A stretch of 64,000 bases of DNA, taken from Piromyces finnis finn. Its lineage: Eukaryota; Fungi; Neocallimastigomycota. The notes beneath the pieces are model-generated. The model was given only the letters and a program-made list of their open reading frames with translations. It was not told where the DNA came from and did no database searches. This document shows positions 1-12,733 of this stretch, one piece after another (positions within the stretch are counted from its first letter, which is position 1; each line of letters begins with the position of its first letter). The translations under genes and the position numbers were made by a program. The DNA lies in the NCBI GenBank assembly GCA_002104945.1, contig MCFH01000072.1, positions 62,001 through 126,000 on the forward strand. The letters are read 5' to 3'.

Positions 1-48
1 AAATATTTATTTAATCAAAATTTTAAATTATTTAAGTGTATCTTATTA

Positions 49-1652
49 TTATATATTGTTTACCAAGTATAAGGCATATAACATATATATATTATAGATA
101 AAGAGAATGATAAGGAAAGGATGAAAAGCTTTCTTTACAGATACTTGAATAACATGTTTAAATCTAATATGATGAAGTTGGTTGATCTTATTTTCTATAT
201 CTGCCATCGTTTTTGCATAATATTTGTATATACCTTCATTAATATTTTCTTCTTTGACCATAAGATCAACTTTAGTAAAATCATTTATATTATTATTTTT
301 GGTATAAATGTATTGTTGTTGTTGTTGTTGTTGATTTATAGAGGTGGTGGATCCAAGATTAGAAAGAACATTCAGGACTTCTTTATGTTGATTATGTTTA
401 TTAATCTTTTCATAATTATTGGTAGTATGAGTAGTTTCTTGTCTTTCATAGGTATTACTAGTACAATTATTAAGTTCATCAATGCTATCGTAAATTTCTT
501 TTTCTTTTAAACTTCCGATTATGAAGGAATTGGAGGATGAAGAAGAGGATAAACTACCAATTAAATCTTTATTTAAAAGTCCTGGAGTTGTAGTTTCTAT
601 TTTTGGTGATGATAATAATTTAGATCCTTCAGTAGTGGAGGTATTCATTTCTTTAGTAGAATTGACTGTTGTTGAAACATAATTTTCTCTTGTTTGTTCA
701 TTATTTTTAGAACTAGATTTTAGAACGTCTACTCTAATAGTTGTTTCTTCTATACTTCCATTACTATCAATAATATTAACATTAATTACATCATCGGTAG
801 AATAAGGATCAACAAATTGCATTTCTTGATGCCTTGAATTTGATGGGAAAATATTATTAATAATAGTTGCTATTTTATTGGTAATATTTTCTTCAGGTTC
901 TTTAGGACGATTATGATAATTGAAATGAGGATCAAAAGTATACGTATTAATATCAAGGAAATTTTCTTTTTCATTATTATACTTATTATCTGTTTCCTTT
1001 AAAAGATTTGTAGTACTTGTATCCTTTCCATTCTCTTCTTCATTATGATTCCAATCGAAAATTTCGTTTAATGTTTTTTCGGTTAGTGTTGTATTATTTT
1101 TGTTATAGGTATCTAGACTGTGTGTTTTGTATTGATATTCACGAAGTTGTTCGGCATATTCAATAAATAAGGAATCAAGACGAACCTTAATACCCATACG
1201 TAAAAAGTAATAATGAAGGGGTATATTGATAATAACATTTGTACAGAGAGTAACAATAAATGAAAATAAAAGAATAGAAAACAATACCCATGTTATTCCA
1301 TTGAAAGTGAAAATTTCTGTACCAAGAGTTACTAAGTATTCATAAAGAATTAAAAGATTTGTGGTAATATCTAAAACCATTAAAAGAACCTTGACAAAAA
1401 CAACAGCGGCCAAACCAAATGTATTACATCTTGAAAGAATGGCACCATCAATTCGAATAGCATAACATATTAACTGACTGACTAATGAAAATACAAATAA
1501 TATTAAGGATACTTGATTTAAATCATTAAGATTTAAACTTGGTATACTATTATCTATTTATTTATTTTATTTATTATTATTATTTTTTTTTTTGAATTAT
1601 AAAAAAGCATTAGTTATTTTTTTAAAAATTTTAAAAAAATTTTTATTAAGAA

Positions 1653-1743
<91 letters not shown>

Positions 1744-1748
1744 AAAAA

Positions 1749-1807
<59 letters not shown>

Positions 1808-4800
1808 AAAGATAAAAAATCAAACATTAATATAAAAATGTTAGATTAGTTTTCAATTTACCATTAAATATTGACCCAACTTCTGGTGATTCCATAATTT
1901 GTGATAGTCTAAAGTGATATACTTTAAGAATAACATTGATCTAAATAAAAATATAATTTAATTATGTTAGAATTAAAATAAAAATTAAAATTTTAATACT
2001 ATATATATACTTTAAAAAATATTTATATACTTACCATAACAGGTAAGATTTCCATAACAATTTCGTGATTAGCTACCAAACTCCATACCGTCCATGTATT
2101 TTTAATTGGATCCTATAGTATTAATTTGTTTTAAAAAATGGTTAATTAGCTATTGTTGTATATTTTGTATTTTTAAATTTGTTCTTTAGCATCATGTTAA
2201 TTTATATAACTTAATAATAAAAGAATTTATGTACCCAATCTGAAACATTCCATAGGAACCAAGTTTTATTTGGATAGGCTTTAATAAATGCAACTAACAA
2301 ATCAGTAAGTAGGAAGAAGAATTCTATCAAAATAAATGGTATAGCTCCAAATTTTTGAATATTTTCATCAATTAAATCTATTTTAATTTTAAAAGAAGAA
2401 GAAAAAAAAATAAGTATATAAATATTTATATTATAATTTTGTTAATATTTTTTTTTTTTTATAAAAAAATTTTTTTTCCCAATATATATATATATATTTA
2501 TAATTTTTTAGACTTACTTTCATATAATTCATAAACACCATAAATAGTAGTAATAATTGAACGATAAAGGTTTATCATTTTAAATAATTTCGTATAACGA
2601 CGGAATAATTGTTCATTTGTTTTTATGGTATTTTCATTATCAAAATATTCGCGATAAAACATTTTTGGATTAAGCATTGATATTAATGTGTAATTTTTAC
2701 CATTAAAATAATAATAATTATTGTAGGTATATCCCGTGAAATAATTACCAAAACTATCTCCAATGTATGAATTTATTTCAGGTGTATATTCATTCACAAT
2801 AGAAGAGGCAATAATTTCTTTTCTTTGAGGATTTGAATTTCCACCAATTTTTGGATTGATATTTTTCCCATTTTTTAATTCCATTTGATATTTCATCGAT
2901 AATTTTTTGTCGTAATCAACTGGTTGTTTTGACAAACATGATTTCAATTTTAATGGTTTGATATTTTTAAGGGGTTCATGATAAAGCATCTCCTCCTCCC
3001 CTTCTTCTTTCTCTTCATCAACAAAATCCATTTTAAAACTTACTTTTCTATTAAGGGGACGTTTTGTTTTATTTAATAAAACTTCTTTTTCTTCTTCTAT
3101 TTCATTATTTTTTTCATAATCCGGCTCTTGAATATCAATAATAACTTTTTCTGATTTAAGAGATTGATTTTGTAATACCATTTTTTTATGCTGTTGATGC
3201 ATATCTTTAAGTTCTCTTTCCATTTGTTCTTGAGGTGATTCCAATAAATAATTGTCGGATTTAAAATGATAATACTCACTTTTCTTATTATGAAGATTAC
3301 CAAGTTTTTCTCCAAATTTTTCTCGACTATAAGTCTCCTGTGCCATTTTTCTTTTTTGCATTTCTTTAAAAATCAATTTATTTAGTTCCTTTTGATTGAA
3401 CTTGGATTGACGTTGATAGGTTTCTTTTGAATAATCGTCACTCAAATATATATTTCTGGAGTTACGTTCATCTTCATAGCTGTGAAGGTAATATGAAGAA
3501 TCCATTTTTTTTTCATTCTCTTTTTCTTGTTCTCTCTTCTTTTCCAGTTTGGTTAAAAAATTGAGGCTTGTGGGTCTGCCTTTCTTTTCGATCAATGGAA
3601 TGTCTTGGTTTTCATATTTTTTATGTTGATGATTCTCATGCTTCACTAATAAATTATGAATGACTTTCATTTTACTTTTTTTATCGCCTTCATCAAAGCA
3701 ACATGTTTCATATTCACTTTCCGTTTCTGTACTTGCTTCCTTTTCTACCATTCCATTTTCTTCTTGCTCATTGATTATTTCTTGGAAATAAGGATTCATT
3801 TCATACTTTTCTTGATCGTATTCTTTTATGTAATCTTGGAAATTCTTTTTAGGTTGAAATTGACGACGTTGATACATCGCCTTATAATAGTCAAGTTTTA
3901 ATTTTGCTTTATAATGTTGTCTTGAAATGAAACTAGATAAATTATATTTATTCATTATTCTTTTGACATATTTTGCCTTTTTATAAAGATCAGATCTATT
4001 GGTTTCATGGTTTGATGATGCTGTTGTTGATGATGATGAGGAGGAAGAAGCAGAATGTGGATGAGGTAAGCTTTCATCAGACCATTTCATATTATTTTTT
4101 AATGTGGCAATAGCTATAGAATTCTGTTTTTGAAAGAGAAGGCGTTTTAATATGTAATTACGATGGGTTTCATGTTTGTATTTAAAATTCATCTTTTCAT
4201 TAAATGAAAATAAGACTTTTGGTAATTTTACTTTTCTTGTGGAATTTTCATCATTTTTTTTATGGTAGAAGGCATTTAATCTTTTCAAACTTCTGATTCT
4301 GTTAGATTTCTTATCTGCAGTGGAAGTTATACCGGCAGTATCTGGATTTGCTAGGAAAGTATTCTCTTTTTTATTTTCATTATTATTAAGCACATCAATA
4401 ACTACCATATCATTAATAGTATTAAATGCATTTAATTTTGGTTGTTGGGGTGAAACTTCTTTTGCTTCTTTTGTAATTCCTTCATACCCTCTTTCCGATT
4501 CGGTAACATTTGTAGATGCTGATGATTCATACTTTTTTTCCTCCTCATTAATATGATCCATATATAACTTGGAAAGTTCATTGGGAAAATCAATTGATCT
4601 ATCGTTGAAAACGGAATCAATATATCCTTCAAATGTTTTTACATTTTCTGTATCTTCTGATTCAGTCTCAAATGGCATTTTAAATTCATACTTTTCGGAA
4701 TGATTATCTGTTGGTATAGTTAAAAGAGAAGAGGTAGCCGGCATAACATTAGTATTATTATCACTATTGTTTTTTTCAAAAGTTGTATTATTTTCTTTGC

Positions 4801-6541
4801 CGTTTTGTTCTTTTTTTTGGAAATCCATCATGCTTGTTTTTTCATGAAGGAGAGGGGTATCTAATAATTTGGTATCATTATCCTTTTCTTCTAGGGTATT
4901 TATAGTTTCATTATTGGTATCCATTATTTTTTGAGTAGGTAGAATTTCTATTTCTAATTCGGTTTCAGTATTGATATCCACTATTTCTTGATTAAGTGGA
5001 ATTTCTGTTTCTAATTCGGTTTCAGTATTGGTATCCACTATTTCTTGATTAAGTGGAATTTCAGTTTCAAATTCAGTTTCTATTTCATTATTGGTATCTA
5101 TTATTTCATGATTAGATAAATCTTCATCCCCTATTTCCAATTCAGTTTCTATTTCAGTATTAGTTGCTTCTTGAGTAGGTAGTTTTTCAGTTTCTAATTC
5201 ATTTTCAGTATTGGTATCTATTATTTCTTGAGTAGGTAGGTTTTCAGTTTCTAATTCATTTTCAGTATTGGTATCTATTATTTCTTGTGTAGGTAGTTTT
5301 TCATTTTCTAATTCATTTTCAGTATTGGTATCTATTATTTCTTGTGTAGGTAGAATTTCTGTTTCTAATTCGGTTTCAGTATTGGTATCTATTATTTCTT
5401 GAGTAGGTAGTTTTTCATTTTCCAATTCATTTTCAGTATTGGTATCTATTATTTCTTGAGTAGGTAGTTTTTCATTTTCTAATTCATTTTCAGTATTGGT
5501 ATTTATTATTTCTTGAGTAGGTAGTTTTTCATTTTCCAATTCATTTTCAGTATTGGTATCTATTATTTCTTGAGTAGGTAGTTTTTCATTTTCTAATTCA
5601 TTTTCAGTATTGGTATTTATTATTTCTTGAATAGGTAGTTTTTCAGTTTCTAATTCATTTTCAGTATTGGTATCTATTATTTCTTGAGTAGGTAGTTTTT
5701 CAGTTTCTAATTCATTTTCAGTATTGGTATCTATTATTTCTTGAATAGGTAGTTTTTCAGTTTCTAATTCATTTTCAGTATTGGTATCTATTATTTCTTG
5801 TGTAGGTAGTTTTTCAGTTTCTAATTCATTTTCAGTATTAGTATCTATTATTTCTTGTGTAGGTAGTTTTTCAGTTTCCAATTCGGTTTCTGTTTCATTA
5901 TTTACTTCGTTTCTATATTCAAGTTCAGACTCAGATATTATATTTGTATTTTGTTTTTCATTTTCAGTTTCAATTTCTAACTCTTGCTTTTCTATTTCAT
6001 GAGACTTTAATACTTCTTTTGGAGGTATGTTTTCTATTGTAATCTGTGCTTTCTTGTTGTTAATGGATTCTATTTCTATAGTACTATTAATATCATATAA
6101 TTCTTCGTCAGGGATATATATTACTTCATTAACGAAATTTCCATTTTTTCCTTCAAGTTCTGTGTATGTATTCGGTAGTTCATTATCATGGTCTTCTGTT
6201 TCTATTTCTATTTCTGTTTCTGTATACATTGTATACATTGAAATATCTTTTTTATTATTTTTTAAATTATTTTCATGGTTAAATTGATATTTAGCATGCT
6301 TATCTTCTGTTTCATGACCAATTTCTGTTGTTACATTTGAATCTATCATTGTAGCTGTGGTTTCTGTTAGATATACTTCACTGATATTTGGGCTATTGAG
6401 ATAGTCATTTTTTTCTGTAATTTGTTCTGTACAGTCCATTGTGTTAGAATTATCTTCACTATTTTTATCTTTTTCAATATAATCTATTATTTCATTTTCA
6501 TTTTCTGAAATGGTATTTACAAAATTATTTTCTATTTCCAT
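49..6541 (-). CDS. Giant orphan membrane protein (~1940 aa): acidic N-terminus with 19-aa tandem repeats, K/E-rich middle, multi-pass TM region, long N/T/Q-rich loop, final hydrophobic helix
   Basis: ORFs 2498..6541 and 49..1413 join through phase-compatible GT-AG introns. Exons: 6541-2518, 2377-2235, 2112-2035, 1940-1862, 1553-49 (sum 5829 nt = 1943 codons). A possible donor (TTG|GTAAAC) at 64/63 means the gene may continue past the left edge. No family recognised. Confidence 0.7.
1651..1808. repeat. (TAAA)n microsatellite, ~39 units, inside intron 4 of the orphan gene
   Basis: Read directly from the sequence; one interruption near 1742. Confidence 0.95.
4912..5896 (-). repeat. Coding minisatellite, 57-bp unit (TENELETEKLPTQEIIDTN), ~17 copies
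   Basis: 12 full-length near-identical units followed by ~5 degenerate units in the translation of ORF 2498..6541. Confidence 0.95.
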
Positions 6542-7454
6542 TCTTTTTTTTTTATTATTTTATTATTTTAATTTTTGAATGGATTATTTATTATATTTTT
6601 TTTTATTTTAAAATCTATATATAATGTTTAAAAAAAAATTGAAAAATATTGCAAATTCTTTTTAGTTTGAGTTGTTAATTGTTAATTTTTATTTTATGAA
6701 ATAAAAAAAAAAAAGAAAGTGTAACAAAACAAAAAAAAAAAAAATTCAATAAGAATAAATAAATATTTTATTAATTGAAGATTATTATTTTTATTTTATT
6801 TATTATTATTATAATTTTGATTTCAGCAGCAGCAGCAATTTCAATTATAAATTAAAAGTATAAAATAGTTTTAAAGTTTATATAATGATAAACTTCAATA
6901 TGATTAATTACGAAAAAAAAAAAACATATAATTTTATACTTTTTTATGTTCTTTAATCATTATATACCATCCTTTTATATTACAATCAACCTCATTTACT
7001 TTATAAAAATAAACAATTTTTATATTAAAGTTCATTTTTGATAAATTTTAAAGTTTTAAAAATTTGTTTATACTTTAAAAAAAAAAAACGAGTTAGTTGG
7101 TTTCGTTCCATATTTATTATAAATCTTATAAATCTTATTATAATTTTATTTTTTAAAAAAAAAAGGTTTATACATAAAATAGGTTTTAAGAATAATTTTA
7201 AGTAAGCATCATCAAATATTAAAAAACTTTAATTATTAAAATTTTGTGCTTTACCAATTCTAATGATGGATTATCATTTTAATAAAATAAAATTTATAAA
7301 GTTTTTAAATTAATTTTTTTTTTTTTTTAATTTATTAATCCATTCTAGTTAAAGTCTAATTAATACATAACAAAAAAATAAAAGACATATATAATTTAAA
7401 GGTATTAAGATAGAGCGTAGCACTTATTATAAATATATAATTGATATTGGTTAA

Positions 7455-7498
<44 letters not shown>
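7455..7498. repeat. (TAC)n microsatellite ~70 bp upstream of the CET1 start
   Basis: Read directly; ~14 units. Confidence 0.85.
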
Positions 7499-7566
7499 AT
7501 AATAATAATAATATTTTAATTAATTAGAAAAATAAAATAAAAAAAGAAAAATAAAAAAAAATAAAA

Positions 7567-9205
7567 ATGAAAAGAGCATATGAAGATACAACAGACTCTG
7601 ACAATAATAAAAAGAGACCGACAGAAAAACAAATCCAACCTCATTCTTCTATTCCTCATAGAATCTTACCTTCTGTTTTTGGTATATTACCATTAGATGA
7701 TTCTATTAATGTTATATCTAAATTTTTAGAAAACCATTTAGGAACTCCTAATATTGAAGTAATGCAACATTTTATTTTAAAGAATAATATAATTATTATA
7801 TAATTTTGTTTTACCATTGTACTCTTTTAGTAATTAATATCCTTTTTTTGTCAATATTATTATCATTATTATTATCAAAATAAAAGATTGAAGGAAAATT
7901 AGGTAAAATTATGGATAATAATACAAAAGATAGAATATGGCTTCCTGTACAATCAGAAACAGGTATATTATAGAAAATAAAAATACCTTTATAAATTATT
8001 TTTAAAAATATATTAAAGTAAAATGAATATATTATATATATGTGAATAATCATTATAATCATTTAATATAACAGTATTGGTTAATCAAAGGGGATGGAGA
8101 TTTGTTTCAGATATGACTATGGTAATTTTTTTATTTTGCGTAATTCTATTAACAATTATAAAAAACTTTTTATCCGGTAAAATTAACATATACATAAAAT
8201 CTATGAATTAAAAAGGAACAACATAGAAATTACAATCAAATTTTAAATAAATTAGTTAATGATGGTAATAAACCAAATGCAAAGGTAAATATAATTGGAA
8301 TTTTTGTATAGATATAAAATTGTAATTAGATTCAAATTTCAATTAATTCAATAATAATTTTAGTCTGCATTTTTCAGCTATCGTCATATTCATCAAATTG
8401 ATTCATTCTATCAAGTACCTGGACATAAAGAAAAACTAAGACTTTCAACCGATAAATCTACTAATAATGTAAATTCTTTTTTTTTTTTATACTATTTAAC
8501 AAAATTTATATATTAATATTTTTTATTATCCTTAATAATTTTGTAATAATAACTAAAGGTAATAAGCTTTATAAAAAAAGTAAATATTGGCCATTTGAAT
8601 ATATTCCTTCCAAATTCACCTTTAGATTTAAGAATAAGTATAAATATAGAAGAACAAAGTATGTAAATTAAACTATCCTAAAGTTAAATGTTCTATTTCA
8701 AAAAAAAAAAAAAATAGTTTTCAATTTTACTTAATAATTATTTTACTATTTTTTTTTATAAAAACAAATTATTACCAGTGGACCAATCTTTAATTAAAGA
8801 TATTGATGCAATTTATGAAAGACAAAAAGACAGATTATCATATAAAAGTCATGCTCTTCAAATCGACCTAACGCAAGTTCAAGAACCAAATCATGATGTA
8901 TATATAAAAATTATTGAAAAATTGATTTTTTTCTTTCCTCTTCTTTATTTTGAAATAATATTCTGTTATATTTTCAATATATTAATAATAACAATATATA
9001 TATATATATATATATTTATTTAATATTTTCATTTTTCAAAACATTTTAGAAAAAACTTCATGAACTTGAACTTGAATTAGATTCTAAATTGTTATATAAA
9101 GAATATACGAAATTAAAGGATAAACAGACCCATGAACAAAGTCAATACTATAATATTTTAACTTTATTTATGAATAGTTTAAGAATACTATCAAGAAGCG
9201 GTTAA
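7567..9205 (+). CDS. CET1: mRNA-capping RNA 5'-triphosphatase (Cet1, triphosphate tunnel metalloenzyme/CYTH fold), multi-exon
   Basis: Spliced translation gives NIE|IEGKLG (motif A), RLPVQSET-like IWLPVQSET, RFVSDMT, PNSPLDLRISINIE, ERQKDRLSY..QIDLTQV and HELELEL (motif C), ending RILSRSG* at 9205. Confidence 0.85.
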
Positions 9206-9554
9206 TAGAATTTGAAAATAGATAAAATAAGGAACACTAATAAAAAAAAAAAAAAACTGGAATTAACAAAGGTGGAAAAATAAAAAAAGGAAAATAAAAA
9301 TTTAAAAAATTTAAAATTTTTATTAAATATTCTTCAAATAAATAATCTTTTTTTTTTTTTTTTTAATTAGTTAGTTTTATTAAAAGTTATTAATTTCAGT
9401 AATAGATGTAGGATATATATTTGGTATCAGATATAACAATCTTTTTTTTTTTCCCTTTTCTTTTTATTTCAAAAATTATTATGATAATTTAAAATAAAAA
9501 GAATTATATTTAATAAAAATAAAAAGTAAATAGTCAAAATTTTTTAATAATAAT

Positions 9555-11739
9555 CTATTCATTAGTAGTAATATTCGTTTTTAAGGCTTCATTTTCAGCT
9601 TTCAACTTGATTTTTTTCTCTTTTTGTTTTAAATGCTTTTTAAGATATTTTCTTTTTCTTTTTTTCTTCACACTAGCCGTTTCTTTTCGACTATTATTAT
9701 TATTATTATTATTATCATCATCATCATCATTATCATCATCATTATCATCTTTATTATCATCGTTATTGTTATTGGTATCATCATCATCATCGTTGTCATT
9801 ATCAATTTCTATATTTGAGACAAACTTATTTTCAGATAAAGACTCTATATTATCATTATCCTTATTATTTACAATATTGTCTTTATTATTGGAATAATTT
9901 ATTTTATTTCCATTTTCATTTTTTTTATTGTTATTTTTTTCATTAGTGGTTCCTTCCTTAATATTTTTTCCATTATTGTTTTCTTTGTTGAGCTTTTCTT
10001 CATTATTATTTTCTTCATTAGGATTTTCTTCATTTTCATCATTCTCTTCATCGTTATCACTATCATCAAATCTAATATGCTTTATTTCATTTAATGGTTC
10101 ATTAAAAGGTTTTGAATTAAACTGAATGTGAGATGTGCTGGTATCATTTTGATGGTTTTCTTCGATCACATTTTCTCCATTACTTTCATTATCTATTTCC
10201 ATTTCTTCTTTTAAAGAATCATTAAAAACAGTATGCTTATTTTCAATATGATTAATATGATTATTATTTATTGCTCTATTTTTATTTTTAATAGAACCAT
10301 TAATATAACTCCAATATTCTGTCTCTTCATCATCTTTTTATAAAATGAATGTATATATGTATATATTTTTGAAAGATAAGTAAATATACAGAAAAAGATT
10401 ACTATATATTTAATTCAATAATATTTTTAATTATTTATTATATTATCAATAGTAGTAATATTTACCGGTTAAGATTCTTAAACGAATAATTTCATAGTCA
10501 TGAATTAATTGATACTTTCCTTCTTCTTCAAATTTCTTTTTTAGTGTTGTAAATAGGGTACCTGAAACATCTAAACCATTCACTTGAATTACCTTTTTTC
10601 TTGAAAAGTAATTTTCGGCTATTTTAGCACTACTTGCATCCTTATATCTAATATAACCATAAGTTTGATGGGGTGAATAATCTATAAAAGATGTCGCAGA
10701 TACTAAGTCAAATAATTTCTTTGTTTAATTTTAAGTTTGTTAATAAAGGATAGAGAGTGTAAATAAAAAGTATAAAAGTAGTGATTATAGTTAGTCCATT
10801 TACACCTATTCTTATATCATTTTATATCCAATTTATTATTAAGGATTTATTGATAATTGATAATATACTTTTAATATATGTCTATTGGTGTCTGGATGGA
10901 CACCTCTGAATTCTGCAATTAATCCTGGTTTAAACTCAATTTCTTTATTGTTCATTATATTATCTTGACTATTTTGTTTTAATTTTTCGATTTGTTTCTG
11001 CCTTATTTGTATATACTCTTTAGTCATGCTACGCCAAGTTTTTCTAAAAAATTTTTACAATAACATTTTCAAATTGAATTTAATAGGAATACCCATTTAT
11101 AAAACATTTATATTAACAATATTAATTACTAATTACTATTTTATCTATTAATATATTTTATATTAAAAAAAAAAAAAGTACATTTTTAAAATGCGAAATC
11201 CATTTAGTTCATTATTAATTAATTCTTTGAAATTGGATTTTGTAACTTGAGTATAAGTATTCAACTTTTCTATTGCTTGGTCAACCGATTTCTTTTTTTT
11301 ATAGGTTATAAATAAAAATTTTATTGGAAGTTCTTTTTTGTGATCAGTTTTAGAATTGATTTCTTTATTATTTTCATTTTGAGACATTCTTTTTTTAACA
11401 TCTGGAAAATATATAGCTTTTATTTTACCAAATTCTTCAAATGTCGTTTTTATTTTTTCTATTGAAATTGAATTTGGAAGATGTTCCTATTATATTATTA
11501 TTTTTTTAAGTTATAAATTTTATATTAATATTTTAAATACCATTTTTTTTTTCTTTTTTTTTTTTTTTTTTTTTTAATAAATATATAATGTATAAAAATA
11601 TATATTCCATTTTTATTTTTATTTTTTATTTTTTATTTTTTTTTTTTTGATATGTACAATATAAATGGTTCTTGAATCATCCTTAAATTCATTTGGTATT
11701 GGTTTCTTTCTTCTTATACTTTTACCATCTTCGCTAACC

Positions 11740-11770
<31 letters not shown>

Positions 11771-12185
11771 GTATAGTCAATACTATTATATTATTAAAAA
11801 TTTTTGGAGTAATTATTTTTTGTTCTAAGACTTTTCTCCTTACTTCCAAATCTTTACAATGCTTTCTAATTGATTTTGAAATTTCGGCTTCGTCCATTGT
11901 TAAACCTTTTAATTTATATAGAATAAATACTGATATAGGTACCCCTGATATTAAATAATAACAATAATAATAATTATATTCATAATAAAAAATAAAATTA
12001 AATTTTAATATTAGGAAAAAGGTATTATTAATGTTATAGACAATGCTAATGTTTAAAGTTACAGGTACTTTACATCCTTCCTCAGATATATAACTATATA
12101 ATAAAGAATCGTAGGATAAATTTGAATCACTCAAACAGAAATCAATTTTTGAAGCAATTTCTTTTTCTAATTCTTTATAATTCAT
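9555..12185 (-). CDS. LARP7: La-related protein of the LARP7/p65/Pof8 type (La motif + RRM1 + xRRM)
   Basis: Exons 12185-12074, 11945-11844, 11738-11658, 11486-11182, 11043-10869, 10718-10466, 10333-9555. La motif EEGWVPISV; VSEDGKSIRR..RTIY leading into RRM1; C-terminal EFKPGLIAEF..YGYIRY..ETEYWSYI and KHIRF, matching LARP7 xRRM hallmarks. Confidence 0.75.
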
Positions 12186-12733
12186 GATTAATTTTTAATA
12201 AAAATTATATGAATTATGTGGATAATAATTCAAAGAAATGGTCTAAAAAAATATTTTTTTTTTTTTTTAAAATATATTTTATTAAATTTTTAATAAATCA
12301 TTTTAATATATTAAATAATAATAATAATAATAATAATAATTATAGTTTATTTAATAATTTTTTTTAGTTTGATCCATTTAATCAAAAAATAATAATATAC
12401 CAATATAAAAAATATTCTTAAATATTTTTTGAAAAGGAGAAATTCTCAAAATAAATAAGAATTGTATGTTATTATTAAAATTAATGATATCCATACTCTC
12501 TTTATATTAATATATATTACAACTTTTATTAGATAGATAACACTAAATAAAAATAGATTTTGAGTTTATAATAATATTCTTTTCATTATTAAAAGAAAAT
12601 ATAAATTTAAAAGTTTTTATGTATTAGATTAACGGATATATATTAAGTGCTTAATTACTATTAATATTAACATATTAATTTCTAATATAAAACAATCTAT
12701 TTTATATAAACTATTTAATTATATACAGTAAAT

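Noticed and set aside
1597-1827. ORFs of 76 and 69 aa (FIYL repeats)
   Set aside because: Translations of the (TAAA)n microsatellite inside an intron.
4912-5896. CRISPR-like appearance of the regularly spaced repeats
   Set aside because: Head-to-tail 57-bp units with no unique spacers, in frame within a eukaryotic CDS; no cas genes.
9607-10125. Hydrophobic + strand ORFs (poly-I/L/S)
   Set aside because: Antisense shadows of the D/N/E-rich tail of the LARP7-like gene. The same applies to 121..510, 13333..13614, 14757..15032 and similar short ORFs.
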